From Candidatus Marinacidobacterales bacterium (GTDB taxonomy: Bacteria > Acidobacteriota > Vicinamibacteria > Marinacidobacterales > SMYC01), in NCBI GenBank assembly GCA_965224085.1, contig CBDCYI010000004.1, positions 480,001 to 544,000 on the forward strand: a DNA stretch of 64,000 bases, in the 5' to 3' direction. The notes below the pieces were generated by a model. That model did not search any database. It was not told the DNA's origin and saw only the letters and a list, made by a program, of their open reading frames with translations. Below, one piece after another: positions 31,343 through 41,703 of the stretch. Made by a program: the position numbers and the translations under genes. Within the stretch, counting starts at the first letter, position 1; each line of letters opens with the position of its first letter.

Positions 31343-31626
31343 CACGCGAGCCGAACCGCTCGTCTAAGCTCGAATTTGTGTCCGACGGCGCGAGCGCGAT
31401 CATGGGCACAGAAATAAATCGTCCCACACATTACCACAACGGGATGCTCGAGTGCCAGGAAATTTACTTGTCGCGTCTGCTTGCCCGAGCGAAAGCCAGG
31501 TTCTCGGTGACCCGATACAGGCGTGTTGAGCGCCGGAGCGGATCCTCGAGTAGAGGCCTATGCGTGAGCCGGGTAGCTGACGCCGCCTCGGCTCATTGAC
31601 TCACGCGACTCAGCCAGCAGAAATGG

Positions 31627-32640
31627 CTACGCCTGGGTGAACGGAATGACCCCCGGGAGGAGCCACTTCTCCCACATCTCATCAATCTTCGCCTGGAAGT
31701 ACTCGATATCTTCGTCAACGAAGTGGGCGAAGCGACCCTGCCGCATCAGGTACTCGCGAACCGGCTTGCGCTTGACGGTTCCCTTTGCGATATGTTTGGA
31801 CTTGCCGTACATCTTGAGCCTATGCTCTTCGACCTCATAGAGCGGCCAGATGCCGGTCTCCACAGCAAGCTCACCGAGCTCATGGGAGTACATCGGATCG
31901 TAGTCCCAGCCTTTGGGGCAAGGATCGAGCGAGTGGATGAACGTCGGCCCGCCGATGGCCAACGCCTTGCGCACCATGTTCATCGTCGCAACCGCATTGC
32001 CGGCGCCAACGGTCGCCACGTACTTACAGTCGGGATGACCGGCCGCCAACATCGCCGCCGTGTTCTTTTTCCAGCGCCGGTGCATGATGCGATGCAGCTT
32101 GCCCGGCGGGCTGAAAGTGGAGTTCGCACCATACGGAGAGGACCCCGACACCTGGATGTCGGTGTTGGCGTACGACTCGTTGTCGTACATCAAGATCAGC
32201 AAGTTGTAATGGGTGTGCTGGAGTGCGGCCGAAATGGCCGAGAGCCCCATGTCGGCGCCACCGCCATCGCCGCAAAAGGAGATGACGTTGATCGGCTCCT
32301 GCTCCATCTTACCCTTGCGCATCATTGCCCTCAGACCGGCGACCGTGCCGGTGGCAGCGGAGCCCGCCGATCCGAGCTGTGTGTGCATCCAGGGCACCAC
32401 CCACGGCGTGGAGTAATACGTGGTGTTGGCGACGTACATGCAGCCGGTGGCGCCGAGGATGATCGAGCGCGGGCCGGCCGCCTTGGCCATGAGCTTCATG
32501 AGCAGCGCCGACTCGCACCCTTGACAGGTGCGGTGACCCGAGGTGAAATACTCCTCGCGGGCGACTTTCTTGATGCCCTTCCAAGGTTCAAGGACCTGCG
32601 TTGAAACGAACTCGTCGAAAGCTACAGTATTTTCTGGCAT
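31627..32640 (-). CDS. 2-oxoacid:ferredoxin oxidoreductase beta subunit, oxalate oxidoreductase-like
   Basis: GHRTCQGC, TGCMYVANT, GDGG, YDNESYANT (TPP binding), PCPKGW. Confidence 0.9.
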   Translation of the reverse strand: MPENTVAFDEFVSTQVLEPWKGIKKVAREEYFTSGHRTCQGCESALLMKLMAKAAGPRSIILGATGCMYVANTTYYSTPWVVPWMHTQLGSAGSAATGTVAGLRAMMRKGKMEQEPINVISFCGDGGGADMGLSAISAALQHTHYNLLILMYDNESYANTDIQVSGSSPYGANSTFSPPGKLHRIMHRRWKKNTAAMLAAGHPDCKYVATVGAGNAVATMNMVRKALAIGGPTFIHSLDPCPKGWDYDPMYSHELGELAVETGIWPLYEVEEHRLKMYGKSKHIAKGTVKRKPVREYLMRQGRFAHFVDEDIEYFQAKIDEMWEKWLLPGVIPFTQA

Positions 32641-32645
32641 GATGG

Positions 32646-33902
32646 CTACTCCCTCACTCCTATCCAGTGAGTATCTTGATCATCAATGTCACCGCCGCTG
32701 GCGGCGTCGAACACGTTGCTGGCTATATCGATGACGTTGTCGGTGCTTACTTCACGTCCGCCCAGACCGGCGATGAATGAAATAATCCCGGGCCGGTTCG
32801 CCGCTGGATAGAGGGCGGCGCGCAGCTCGTTGGCCAGCACGCCGCTGAAGAAGCTGGAGCCGAAACCGTAGTCGCGATCGATCACACCGACGGCTTGCAC
32901 CCCCGACAGCGCGTCCTGCAGCTCGATGGTGGGGAACGGGCGGAACCATCGGACTCGGACAAAGCCGACCTTTTTGCCTTGCGCGCGCATCTTGCGGACA
33001 GCGACTTTCACCGGCATCGCCAGCGTCCCCATTCCGACAAGGGCGACCTCGGCGTCCTCCATCATGTAGCGCTCGATGAAGGGCTCGCCGCCGCGCCCGA
33101 ACTGGGCGTTGAAATCGTCGTACGCCTCGATAATGACGTCCCGGGCACGGCGCGCCGCCATGTCGTTTTGCCGGCGGACCTCCATCACCCAATCCTCGTT
33201 CGCCTGGGGGGCGATGGTGATCGGGTTGTCCGGATGCAACTGCTTTTCTGCCCGGTCATAGGGCGGCAGGAAACTGTTGACCATGTCCTGGCTGGGCACG
33301 TTGACGATCGCCTGCGAGTGGGTGAGAAACGCACCGTCGCAGCTGATCGCGCAGGGAAGGAAAACGCGCTTGTCTTCGGCCACACGGTAGGCGATCAGTG
33401 CCGTGTCCAACGCCTCCTGCGCCGTAGCCACCCAGCAGAGCATCCAGCCGAGGTCGCGCACCGTGAGCGCATCGTTGTGCTCGACCCCAAAGGCACCAGG
33501 ATCGTCGAGCGCTCGGTTGCCGACCATGGCAATCATCGGCAGGCGCAACCCGGCGGTGACTGCCAACGCCTCGTAGGCGTAGAGCCAACCGACGCCACTG
33601 GAGCCACAGAAAACCCGGGCCCCCACCGCCGAAGCGTGCTTGACGATCTCAAACTGCGAGTGCTCGCTCTCCGCAACGATGTATTCGCAGTCGAAGTCTC
33701 CGTTGGCGATCAGTTGCGATACGTATTGCATGACTGTGTCGTACGGCCGGATCGGGTAAGCCGTGATCACGTCGACGTCGGCGAGCCGGACCGCATGCGC
33801 GATCGCTTCGCTGCCACTGATCAGCTCCTCTGAACCACGCCCCGGAACGAGCGAGGCTGCGATATCTGCCTTCTTCGCGGTAGCTGCATTAGGTGGGCTC
33901 AT
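32646..33902 (-). CDS. 2-oxoacid:ferredoxin oxidoreductase alpha subunit, oxalate oxidoreductase-like
   Basis: VRLADVDVITAYPIRPY, ESEH, GSSGVG, NRALD, FRPFP, AGLGGRE. Confidence 0.9.
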   Translation of the reverse strand: MSPPNAATAKKADIAASLVPGRGSEELISGSEAIAHAVRLADVDVITAYPIRPYDTVMQYVSQLIANGDFDCEYIVAESEHSQFEIVKHASAVGARVFCGSSGVGWLYAYEALAVTAGLRLPMIAMVGNRALDDPGAFGVEHNDALTVRDLGWMLCWVATAQEALDTALIAYRVAEDKRVFLPCAISCDGAFLTHSQAIVNVPSQDMVNSFLPPYDRAEKQLHPDNPITIAPQANEDWVMEVRRQNDMAARRARDVIIEAYDDFNAQFGRGGEPFIERYMMEDAEVALVGMGTLAMPVKVAVRKMRAQGKKVGFVRVRWFRPFPTIELQDALSGVQAVGVIDRDYGFGSSFFSGVLANELRAALYPAANRPGIISFIAGLGGREVSTDNVIDIASNVFDAASGGDIDDQDTHWIGVRE

Positions 33903-35016
33903 CGGCTATCTCCTCGGCGTACTGGCCTACGTGGTGAAACCCGTGGCTACGGGGGGGCGGCTCCGAAATTTTTTTGGACAACCACCCAGAGTAGCTTTCC
34001 TTGTCCTTGGTCCACATTTCCCACTGGCTGTCGTTGTCTGTGAAGGCTTCCTCGTTGACCATGGTGATGCAATGGCTTACCGGGCAAACGTCCTCGCACA
34101 CGCCGCAACCACAGCAAGCTTCCATGTTGGCGTCGTAGAAGCCGTCGGGCGAGATGTCGAAGCAAGAGTCCGGACATTGCAGCCAACAGACTTTGCACTG
34201 GGTACAGGTTTCGAAGTTAACCACCGGCCGCATGGTGCGCGTCGAGAACTTCTTGAAGGTCGGGTTGCGGGTGGGAACGTAGCCGCCATCCCAGCCGGGG
34301 ACCTCTTGCTGCCCGGCGATGCCGCGAATCACCAGCCCCTCTTCCATCGTCTTCCAGCCTGGCATTTCGAACTCGTACGGGATCTCGTCGTTGCCCTGAT
34401 CGGCGCCAACCGACAGCGACTCGACCCGATCATAGGCCTTCTTCGCAGAAGCCGCCTTCAGGGGATCGCTGATCGTCGCCACGATGGAGTCCAGGCTCAC
34501 GAGGTGGGGGGCGACCTTGGCCAGCGCCCCAAGTAAGCGCATATCGGTGTGATCGTCCTTGTACACCCACAGCCCTGAGAAACTAGCGATGCCTTTGATG
34601 ATGGCGAGATTGTAAGGCTTGGTGCGGTGGATGTTGTTGATCAGCTTATTGTGTGAGTGGATCGAGGGGACCAAAACCGTGCCGCCCTCCCGGAGCAGCT
34701 TGTTGATCGGTTGCAGGCCATACCAGGCCCAGGACTCGACGCCCTTGCACAGGGTGTCGTCGCAGGCAATGGTCACGTCATTGTTGTTGGGCTCGTACCG
34801 CGAGAGGTGCTCTTCCATCTCCTCTTCGGTGTCAGCAACGACGGCGAACTGCTTGGCGGGGATCCCATTACGTTCCGGCGAGTCACTGTAGCGCCCGAAC
34901 GCGATACCGATCTTGCCTTCTTTTTTGGCGGCAAAGACAATGCTGCGGCAGATGTTTTTGGCTAAAGTCTTCTGAAAAATGCCGCGGTATACGACTTCCA
35001 CGGATCCGGTGCTCAT
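33889..35016 (-). CDS. Fused gamma/delta subunit with 2x[4Fe-4S] ferredoxin domain
   Basis: CTQCKVCWLQCP and CCGCGVCEDVCP; N-terminal VVYRG...YSDSPER; RBS GAGGAGG. Confidence 0.85.
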   Translation of the reverse strand: MSTGSVEVVYRGIFQKTLAKNICRSIVFAAKKEGKIGIAFGRYSDSPERNGIPAKQFAVVADTEEEMEEHLSRYEPNNNDVTIACDDTLCKGVESWAWYGLQPINKLLREGGTVLVPSIHSHNKLINNIHRTKPYNLAIIKGIASFSGLWVYKDDHTDMRLLGALAKVAPHLVSLDSIVATISDPLKAASAKKAYDRVESLSVGADQGNDEIPYEFEMPGWKTMEEGLVIRGIAGQQEVPGWDGGYVPTRNPTFKKFSTRTMRPVVNFETCTQCKVCWLQCPDSCFDISPDGFYDANMEACCGCGVCEDVCPVSHCITMVNEEAFTDNDSQWEMWTKDKESYSGWLSKKISEPPPRSHGFHHVGQYAEEIADEPT

Positions 35017-35560
35017 AGCTCGTACCTCCTCGCCGTCTAAGAAGAAGGCCAAACAGTATCAAATCCCAGCCGTTTCTGGCAACCTAGAAGCGCCCTGCGC
35101 ACACGAGCCCACAGAAAAGAAGGGCCTAACGCCTATTTCTGCGCAAAAGCTACCGAACATACCGTGACACAGTCGGTAAAACGGCAACGTCGACAATTGT
35201 CGGTTACGATGGTGTCACTTACCTCGGGCTTGCGTAAGGGGTAAAGAGCAAATTGTCACGACTGTCCAGGTCCGCTGAACAGCCGCGCCACGGTCGATAT
35301 TCTCTATTCACATGGCTCTCGTAAATGCCAACCGTAGTCCTACACCGCAATGCAGAAGTCTTGTCAACTTTCACACATGCCGACACCTTGCCAGCCAACG
35401 TCGAATCGCAACTCATAGCCGGCGCAAGTGCGCGCCCCGAGCCTACCCGGGATGACTTGTGGAAGGATAGATCGGATAGGTATATTAAGCGGGATTTAAA
35501 GATGGTCGTGGTGGCGTGCAGTTTCGGCAGGCGAACTGAACTCGCTACTAGGAGAAAACC

Positions 35561-35770
35561 ATGAGTGACGTAATTTCGTACCCTATCAACTTCGACACCA
35601 AAGGAATCACCGGCCGTGATGGTTACATCGTTGCCGAAGCCCTCTATTATGCCACCAAGTGGATTGACGAGATGCCAGACAACGTGCGGCCATCATCCGA
35701 CGAGCGCGACATCTTACGCATCTTGAATGCCGCCTTTCCGGATTGGGAAGATGTTTTCGGGCCCGCCTAG
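35561..35770 (+). CDS. Small hypothetical protein (69 aa)
   Basis: RBS AGGAGA, ATG start, protein-like composition. Confidence 0.55.
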   Translation: MSDVISYPINFDTKGITGRDGYIVAEALYYATKWIDEMPDNVRPSSDERDILRILNAAFPDWEDVFGPA

Positions 35771-36149
35771 ACAACCTGCAAATTGTCCACAACATCGGTG
35801 CACCAAATTTGTGCCGCGGCACGATGTCTTGATTGAAAATCAACGACTTACGCCACGCTTGCAGAACCCCATAAGCTCCACCTGCAGGGTATAGCTCCCT
35901 CCTTGGATCCCCAAGAGGGAGATTTGCGTGAGAACGGCTCCGTCACGCACCTGGCCTACGGCGGTCTCACGCTCGAGAAGCAACTCCTCATTCCGATTCG
36001 AAGGTGTCCAGCTTCACCCTACAGCGGAAGCGGTCTTTACCATCGGCGACAACGTCGAGGTTCTGACTCAGCTGGAGTGAGCGGACGGCGCCCATCGTCT
36101 CCGGATCGAGCTCCTTTCCGATGGAACGTTCCTGCTCGCTCGAACGTGT

Positions 36150-36470
36150 CACGGGTCGGACGACGAGGGTCGTGGAGAGAACACGCGAGATCGGTATCCG
36201 CATGGCGATCGGCGGCGCGCCGCGGGACATCGCGCGCGGCGAAGTGTCGCGCAACATGCGGCCCGTTCTCGTCGGGCTCGCGAGCGGACTCGTCGCGTCG
36301 TTCTTCGTGACGCGTTTGGCCTCGAGCTTTCTCTTGGCGTGAGCCCGTGGGACGGCGTGAGCTTCTTGTCAGCGCTCGGGCTATTGCTCATCGCCGCGCT
36401 CGTCGCAAGCTACGTCCCTGCAACGCGGGCCGCCGCGCTGGACCCGGTGCAAGCGCTCCGCCGGGATTGA
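36150..36470 (+). pseudogene. ADOP/FtsX-like ABC permease C-terminal remnant
   Basis: ERTREIGIRMAIGGAP...VSPWDG...VPATRAAALDPVQALR with a frameshift near 36340. Confidence 0.8.
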
Positions 36471-36658
36471 TGATGGATGCGCGGTCTACGGCGTAAAGTC
36501 GGTTGGATGAAAGACCGAGCCCGTCGCCAGCAATGCCTCGCCGGAAGGCGTTCAGAACCGACGCGTCGTCATCAAAACGAAAGCTGACGGCTCATGAAGT
36601 TGGGGAGCGCCGGACGGAAGGTTCGATAAAGTCCTCGTGCTCGTTTACACTTCCGTCC

Positions 36659-37762
36659 ATGATTACTGCCCGCGCCGATGTCATAGGCAGCTTGCTTCGC
36701 CCTCGTGAGCTTCTAAAAGCTCGGGAAGCCCGGGCCGCAGGCCAACTGTCTCAGATCGAGTTCAAAAAGATCGAAGATCGCGCTGTGGACGGGGCGGTAG
36801 CCCTTCAAGAGGGGCTCGGCCTCGAAGTCGTGACGGACGGTGAGATGCGCAGGAGCTCCTTCCAAAGCCAGATGACCGACGCCGTGTCGGGTTTCGCCGA
36901 GCATGGTCTGGACGCCTTTCTCTGGGGAAAGTGGCGGAGTAACGAGCTCGAAGAATGGAACGTCGAGAGGCCGGAGCTTGCCGTCATCAGAAAGCTCGAG
37001 CGTCGCCGTTCTCTCTCAGCGGAAGAGCTCGTCTATCTCAGCGCCCGTGCCAAGGCGACCCCGAAGATCACGCTGCCGAGCCCAACCCTCTTCATCAACT
37101 TCTGGTCGCCCGAAAGGTCGCGCCACGTCTACCCGACCCTTGACGCCTACTTGGCCGATGTCGTCGAAGTGTTACGCGAAGAAGTGGCGGAGCTCTCGCG
37201 CCTGGGCGCCACCTACATTCAACTGGACGCTCCGCACTACACCTCCCTGCTAAACGCCACGAACCGCGAATTCTACGAGGGCCACGGATGGACCATCGAG
37301 GGCTGGCTCGATCGTGGGATCGAGCTCGAGAATGCGGTGATGGAAGGCCTTCCGGAGTTGACCTTTGGCTTTCACCTCTGACGAGGCAACCAAAACAGCC
37401 GGTGGCTGTCCGAAGGAGACTACGAGCCGATCGCCCGAGCGTTGTTCTCGAGAATCCAGGCCGACCGACTTATTCTCGAATACGACGACGAGCGCTCGGG
37501 CTCTTTCGCACCTCTTGGCCACGTCAACGAGAAAGCCATCGTCGTTCTGGGATTGGTGGGGACCAAGACGCCTGCCACTCCTTCCACGGACGCGCTCGAA
37601 AGACGGATTCGAGAAGCCAGCAAAGTGTTACCCAAAGAGCGGCTCGCCGTTTCGACGCAATGCGGTTTCTCGACCTCGATCGTGGGAAATCGTATCTCCA
37701 TCGCTGACCAGGAAGCCAAGCTGCGCCGAGTCGTGGAAACGGCAAAAAGTATCTGGGGGTGA
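36659..37762 (+). CDS. Cobalamin-independent methionine synthase II (MetE C-terminal-like) family protein with in-frame TGA at the zinc-ligand Cys; probable selenoprotein (367 aa)
   Basis: RADVIGSLLRP, VVTDGEMRR, YIQLDAP, FHL[TGA 37379-37381]RGN, LEYDDERSG, VLGLV, STQCGF are all in one frame. Confidence 0.8.
37395..37409 (+). promoter_or_regulatory. Candidate bacterial SECIS hairpin
   Basis: ACAGCC-GGT-GGCTGT: 6-bp stem with a G-first loop, 19 nt after the TGA. Confidence 0.6.
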
Positions 37763-37781
37763 CGTCGTCCCCCGAAAACCC

Positions 37782-38291
37782 TCACTCGAGCTCGAGGGGC
37801 TCGCTTTGGGAGGCGGGCGCGGGCACGATGTCTGGATGGCCGTCGATGATGCGGGCGCAAGTGTTCCAGCGCAGCACTGCATCATCTTTGCCCTCGGGGC
37901 TGAGTTTCTGCGCTTTCTCGTAGTGATCCATCGCCTCACCGAGTCCCTCATAGGCGAGGTGCCCGCAGCCCGGAATCCCTTTGTCATACTGGGACTTCGC
38001 GCGGCGCTCCGCGATGAGACCAGCGTAATATTCTTTCTCGTAGTCGCTCGTAAGCGACTTGGCTAGCTCGCGCGATTCACGGACTCGCTGCCCGAGCCCG
38101 CGTGCAAATTGGTCGGTGAGCGCAAGAAGAAGCGTTGCTGTGGCTAGCTGGTGGCCCGGGTCTACTTCGAGCACGTCTCGGCAAATGCTCTCTGCTTCCA
38201 AAGGCTCGTTCAACGCGCGATACCAAACCGCTTTCTCGAGTGCCGAGTCGATGGCGTTTTCGGAAATCGACTTGAGCTCGAATTTCTTCAA
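37782..38291 (-). CDS. Conserved-looking helical/TPR-like protein coupled to frdD
   Basis: TTG start overlaps the frdD stop; AESICRDVLEVDP, YYAGLIAERRAK, LRWNTCAR. Confidence 0.75.
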   Translation of the reverse strand: MKKFELKSISENAIDSALEKAVWYRALNEPLEAESICRDVLEVDPGHQLATATLLLALTDQFARGLGQRVRESRELAKSLTSDYEKEYYAGLIAERRAKSQYDKGIPGCGHLAYEGLGEAMDHYEKAQKLSPEGKDDAVLRWNTCARIIDGHPDIVPAPASQSEPLELE

Positions 38292-38638
38292 GAGAAATTC
38301 CAGAGAAAAAACGCTGCCGCGACGGTTCCGGTGAGAGCACTGCCGTAACAGACAAGGACGATCGGAACGTGCAAGTGCTTCAACTTCAATCCGTCATACA
38401 GAGTGTAGCGGAAGCGATGCGCCCCGTGGAACAAGGGGAGCGAGATCAGAACGAAGAGATATAGCCGCGCTAAAGGATGGCTTAACAAGCTCACTACAGA
38501 ATCGTAACCCGGAATGTCGATCCATCCCAACGGGATGAGGAGCCCGGTTACGAGCACGTGTAGAGGGAAAAGTAGCGCGGCAACCGTGCCTCCGGCACTG
38601 AAGAGTAACCAAAGAAGGGGTGTCATTTTCTTTAGCAT
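38288..38638 (-). CDS. frdD: Fumarate reductase subunit D
   Basis: WLLFSAGG, LPLFHGAHRFRYTLYD, CYG. Confidence 0.88.
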   Translation of the reverse strand: MLKKMTPLLWLLFSAGGTVAALLFPLHVLVTGLLIPLGWIDIPGYDSVVSLLSHPLARLYLFVLISLPLFHGAHRFRYTLYDGLKLKHLHVPIVLVCYGSALTGTVAAAFFLWNFS

Positions 38639-38640
38639 GG

Positions 38641-39057
38641 CTACCTTACGAGCCAGAACCACGCCACGACGGCGGAGACAACGAGCCAACCGATATAGTT
38701 CGACACGATGATCAAGAGATCGGGAACGCGTTTCCCCGAGAGACGAACTTCCATCGCCTTGGGGGCCAGATGAAACCACGTCTGCGCGTGAAACAAGACG
38801 GCGACGAAGATCAGAACGTTGAGTGCTACGGCGAGAGGAGACGACATCCACGTCTCGAAACGGGCGTAAGCTTCGGGCCCGTTCGCGAGAGAGCGGACCT
38901 GCCACAAAGTCAAGAGAGAGAAAATCGCGACGGGCACGCTCGTCAGCTCGCGCAGAACGAACTTCATGTAGCGCCAGCGCGAAAGCCACCACCAGACAGA
39001 CACGGAACGCCGATACCATTTCGGGTGATACAGCGTGTAGCGCGCCTCACTCGTCAT
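38641..39057 (-). CDS. frdC: Fumarate reductase subunit C
   Basis: WWWL...[25 protein letters not shown]. Confidence 0.88.
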   Translation of the reverse strand: MTSEARYTLYHPKWYRRSVSVWWWLSRWRYMKFVLRELTSVPVAIFSLLTLWQVRSLANGPEAYARFETWMSSPLAVALNVLIFVAVLFHAQTWFHLAPKAMEVRLSGKRVPDLLIIVSNYIGWLVVSAVVAWFWLVR

Positions 39058-39800
39058 TTCGAGGCCCAGGGGAGAATGGTCTTGAACCAATTCGCCGCTC
39101 CCGTCAGTTTGTAGCGCTGTATCGCGCCGGCGGGGTCGACATCCTTGGGGCAGACTTCCGAGCATTCGCCGACGAACGTACACTGCCACATGCCATCATC
39201 CTGCGATAGAATCGAAAGACGCTCCGAAGCGCCTTCGTCGCGCGAGTCCATGTTGTAGCGCTGGGCGAGGGCGGTAGCCGCCGGGCCGATGAAGCTCGGC
39301 TCGAGCCCGATCACCGGACAGGCGGAATAGCACAGAAGACAGTTGATACACATGCTGTAGCGCTTATAGGCGTCGAGCTCGTCTGGGCTCTGCCGGTACT
39401 CTCCTTCAGAGAGAGGTTTTTCCTCTTCGCGGACGATCCACGGTTTCACTTTCTTGAGCTTCGTCATGAACGACGTGATGTCCACCACGAGGTCGCGGAC
39501 CACCGGGAAGTAGCGCAGGGGCTCGATCCGAACCGGGCCGGGCGCGTACTGACTCAGAAACGCCGCGCACGTGAGCGTGGGCTCGCCGTTCACCATCATC
39601 CCGCAGCTGCCGCACACGCCCATCCGGCACGACCACCGGTGCGAGAGCGAGCCATCGAGCGTATCTTTGATGTAGTTGATCGCATCGAGGATGGCCCAAT
39701 CGTCGCGGAGCGGTACCTGGTAGTCCTGGACAGTGGGCTCCGATTCCTGCTCCGGCCGATAGCGGCTGACGCTTACGGTGATGGTATCGGCCATGCTCAC
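39054..39800 (-). CDS. frdB: Fumarate reductase iron-sulfur subunit
   Basis: [42 protein letters not shown]. Confidence 0.92.
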   Translation of the reverse strand: MSMADTITVSVSRYRPEQESEPTVQDYQVPLRDDWAILDAINYIKDTLDGSLSHRWSCRMGVCGSCGMMVNGEPTLTCAAFLSQYAPGPVRIEPLRYFPVVRDLVVDITSFMTKLKKVKPWIVREEEKPLSEGEYRQSPDELDAYKRYSMCINCLLCYSACPVIGLEPSFIGPAATALAQRYNMDSRDEGASERLSILSQDDGMWQCTFVGECSEVCPKDVDPAGAIQRYKLTGAANWFKTILPWASK

Positions 39801-41546
39801 CTACTTTCCATAGACCCGTTTGCCGGGCGGCCAGCGAGTTATACTGACCGGCGCGTATTCGATTCGGGGCGCGTTCGATTCTGTTCGGTACACGAGCGAG
39901 TGTTGCAGGAACTTGTCGTCGTCCCGCTCCGGGAAATCTGTTCTCTGGTGAGACCCCCGGGACTCGTGGCGCGCCTTGGCGGAATGGATGATGGCTTCGG
40001 CGGCATCCATCATGTAGCCGAGCTCGAGCGCAGCGGTGAGCTCGGTGTTGAACGTGCGGCTATCGTCATCGAGAGCGATGTTATCGAGTCTCTCGCGAAG
40101 CTTCGCTAACTGCTCCGCACCTCGCTCCAGCTCCTTCCCGTTGCGGTAGATGCCGACGCACTTCTCCATGGTCGTCTGCATTTCTTCGCGAACGGTAGCG
40201 ATGCGCTCCGTGCCACCAAGCTTTTCGAGAAAATCTTTCTCGAGGCGCCTCTGCTCGTCTCGGGCCTGAGCGGAAATAGCAGAGCTTCCATTGCCTTCTA
40301 CCTCGAGCGCGAACTTGGCGGCGGCATCACCCGCTCGTGCGCCGAACACGAGGAGCTCAGTAAGCGAGTTGGAGCCGAGGCGATTCGCGCCGTTGATGCT
40401 GACACATGCGGCCTCGCCCGCCGAGTAGAGTCCGGCAAGCGGCGTGGCGCCGTTTAAATCCGTATGAACGCCTCCCATGATGTAGTGCACCACGGGGCGC
40501 ACGGGGATCATTTCGTGAACGGGATCGATGTTCACGTATTTGCGACAAAGCTCACGGACAAAGGGGATGCTCTTGTCGATCTTCGCTTCGCCGAGATGAC
40601 GGATGTCTAGATGGACGAAGTTGCCATACGGGCCTTCGAAGGTTCGGCCTTTGTCCTGCTCCTTCACGAACGCTTGGGAGAGCCGGTCCCTCGGACCTAG
40701 CTCCATCGAGCGCAGAACCGGGTGGGGCTCAGGTTTGCCTAGATCATAGTCCTGCAGGTAACGGTAGCCGTCTTTATTCAAGAGCCAGCCGCCTTCGGCG
40801 CGCGAGGCTTCGGTTATCAAGATGCCGGTGAATGGGAGTCCGGTCGGGTGGTATTGCACGAACTCCATGTCTTTGAGAGGCGCGCCGGCGCGGTAGGCGA
40901 GCGACATACCATCGCCGTTCTTGATGTTGGCGTTGGTGGTGAACTGGAATACTTTCCCACAGCCGCCGGTGCACAGCAGCACCGACTTGGCCAAGATCGT
41001 GACGATCCTACCGGTAGCGAGCTCGATGGCGACCACGCCGCGACAGCGACCCTCGTCCACCAGTAGCCGGGTCACGAAATACTCGTCGTAGCGTTCTATC
41101 GGATCGTGTTTGAGGGTCGTTTGAAAAAGCGCGTGGAGCATATGGAAGCCGGTCTTGTCGGCGGCGAACCACGTGCGTTTGGTCTTCATCCCTCCGAACG
41201 GGCGGACGGCAACGGAGCCATCAGGAAGCCGACTCCACGGGCAACCCCAGTGCTCGAGCTGCAACATTTCACGGGGCGCCTCGTTAACGAAGAGTTCGAC
41301 GGCGTCTTGGTCGCAAAGCCAGTCCGCTCCCGAAATCGTGTCATAGGCGTGATCGTCGAGACTGTCGTCGTCTTTGATGACGGCGGCCGCGCCACCTTCC
41401 GCAGAAACGGTGTGACTGCGCATTGGGTAGACCTTGGAGGCCACGGCGAGACTGAGCTTGGGGTTGGTTTCCGCGACGGCGATGGCCGCGCGCAAACCAG
41501 CGCCGCCACCCCCGACGATGAGCACATCGTGGGAGAAAACGTCCAT
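39801..41546 (-). CDS. frdA: Fumarate reductase flavoprotein subunit
   Basis: [20 protein letters not shown] (covalent FAD His), [22 protein letters not shown]. Confidence 0.93.
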   Translation of the reverse strand: MDVFSHDVLIVGGGGAGLRAAIAVAETNPKLSLAVASKVYPMRSHTVSAEGGAAAVIKDDDSLDDHAYDTISGADWLCDQDAVELFVNEAPREMLQLEHWGCPWSRLPDGSVAVRPFGGMKTKRTWFAADKTGFHMLHALFQTTLKHDPIERYDEYFVTRLLVDEGRCRGVVAIELATGRIVTILAKSVLLCTGGCGKVFQFTTNANIKNGDGMSLAYRAGAPLKDMEFVQYHPTGLPFTGILITEASRAEGGWLLNKDGYRYLQDYDLGKPEPHPVLRSMELGPRDRLSQAFVKEQDKGRTFEGPYGNFVHLDIRHLGEAKIDKSIPFVRELCRKYVNIDPVHEMIPVRPVVHYIMGGVHTDLNGATPLAGLYSAGEAACVSINGANRLGSNSLTELLVFGARAGDAAAKFALEVEGNGSSAISAQARDEQRRLEKDFLEKLGGTERIATVREEMQTTMEKCVGIYRNGKELERGAEQLAKLRERLDNIALDDDSRTFNTELTAALELGYMMDAAEAIIHSAKARHESRGSHQRTDFPERDDDKFLQHSLVYRTESNAPRIEYAPVSITRWPPGKRVYGK

Positions 41547-41703
41547 CAGGGTCGAAAGGGTATGACGCGAGGTCGAATGGTGTCAACCTTTTATGTCGGA
41601 ACGGCTTGGAAGCGCCACACCTGAAAGGGTATGTACTATGGGCGATCGGAGCAACAGGTGAACCGATCGCAGGTGGGCGGCGTCTTGTGAGTAGAGAAGC
41701 CAG

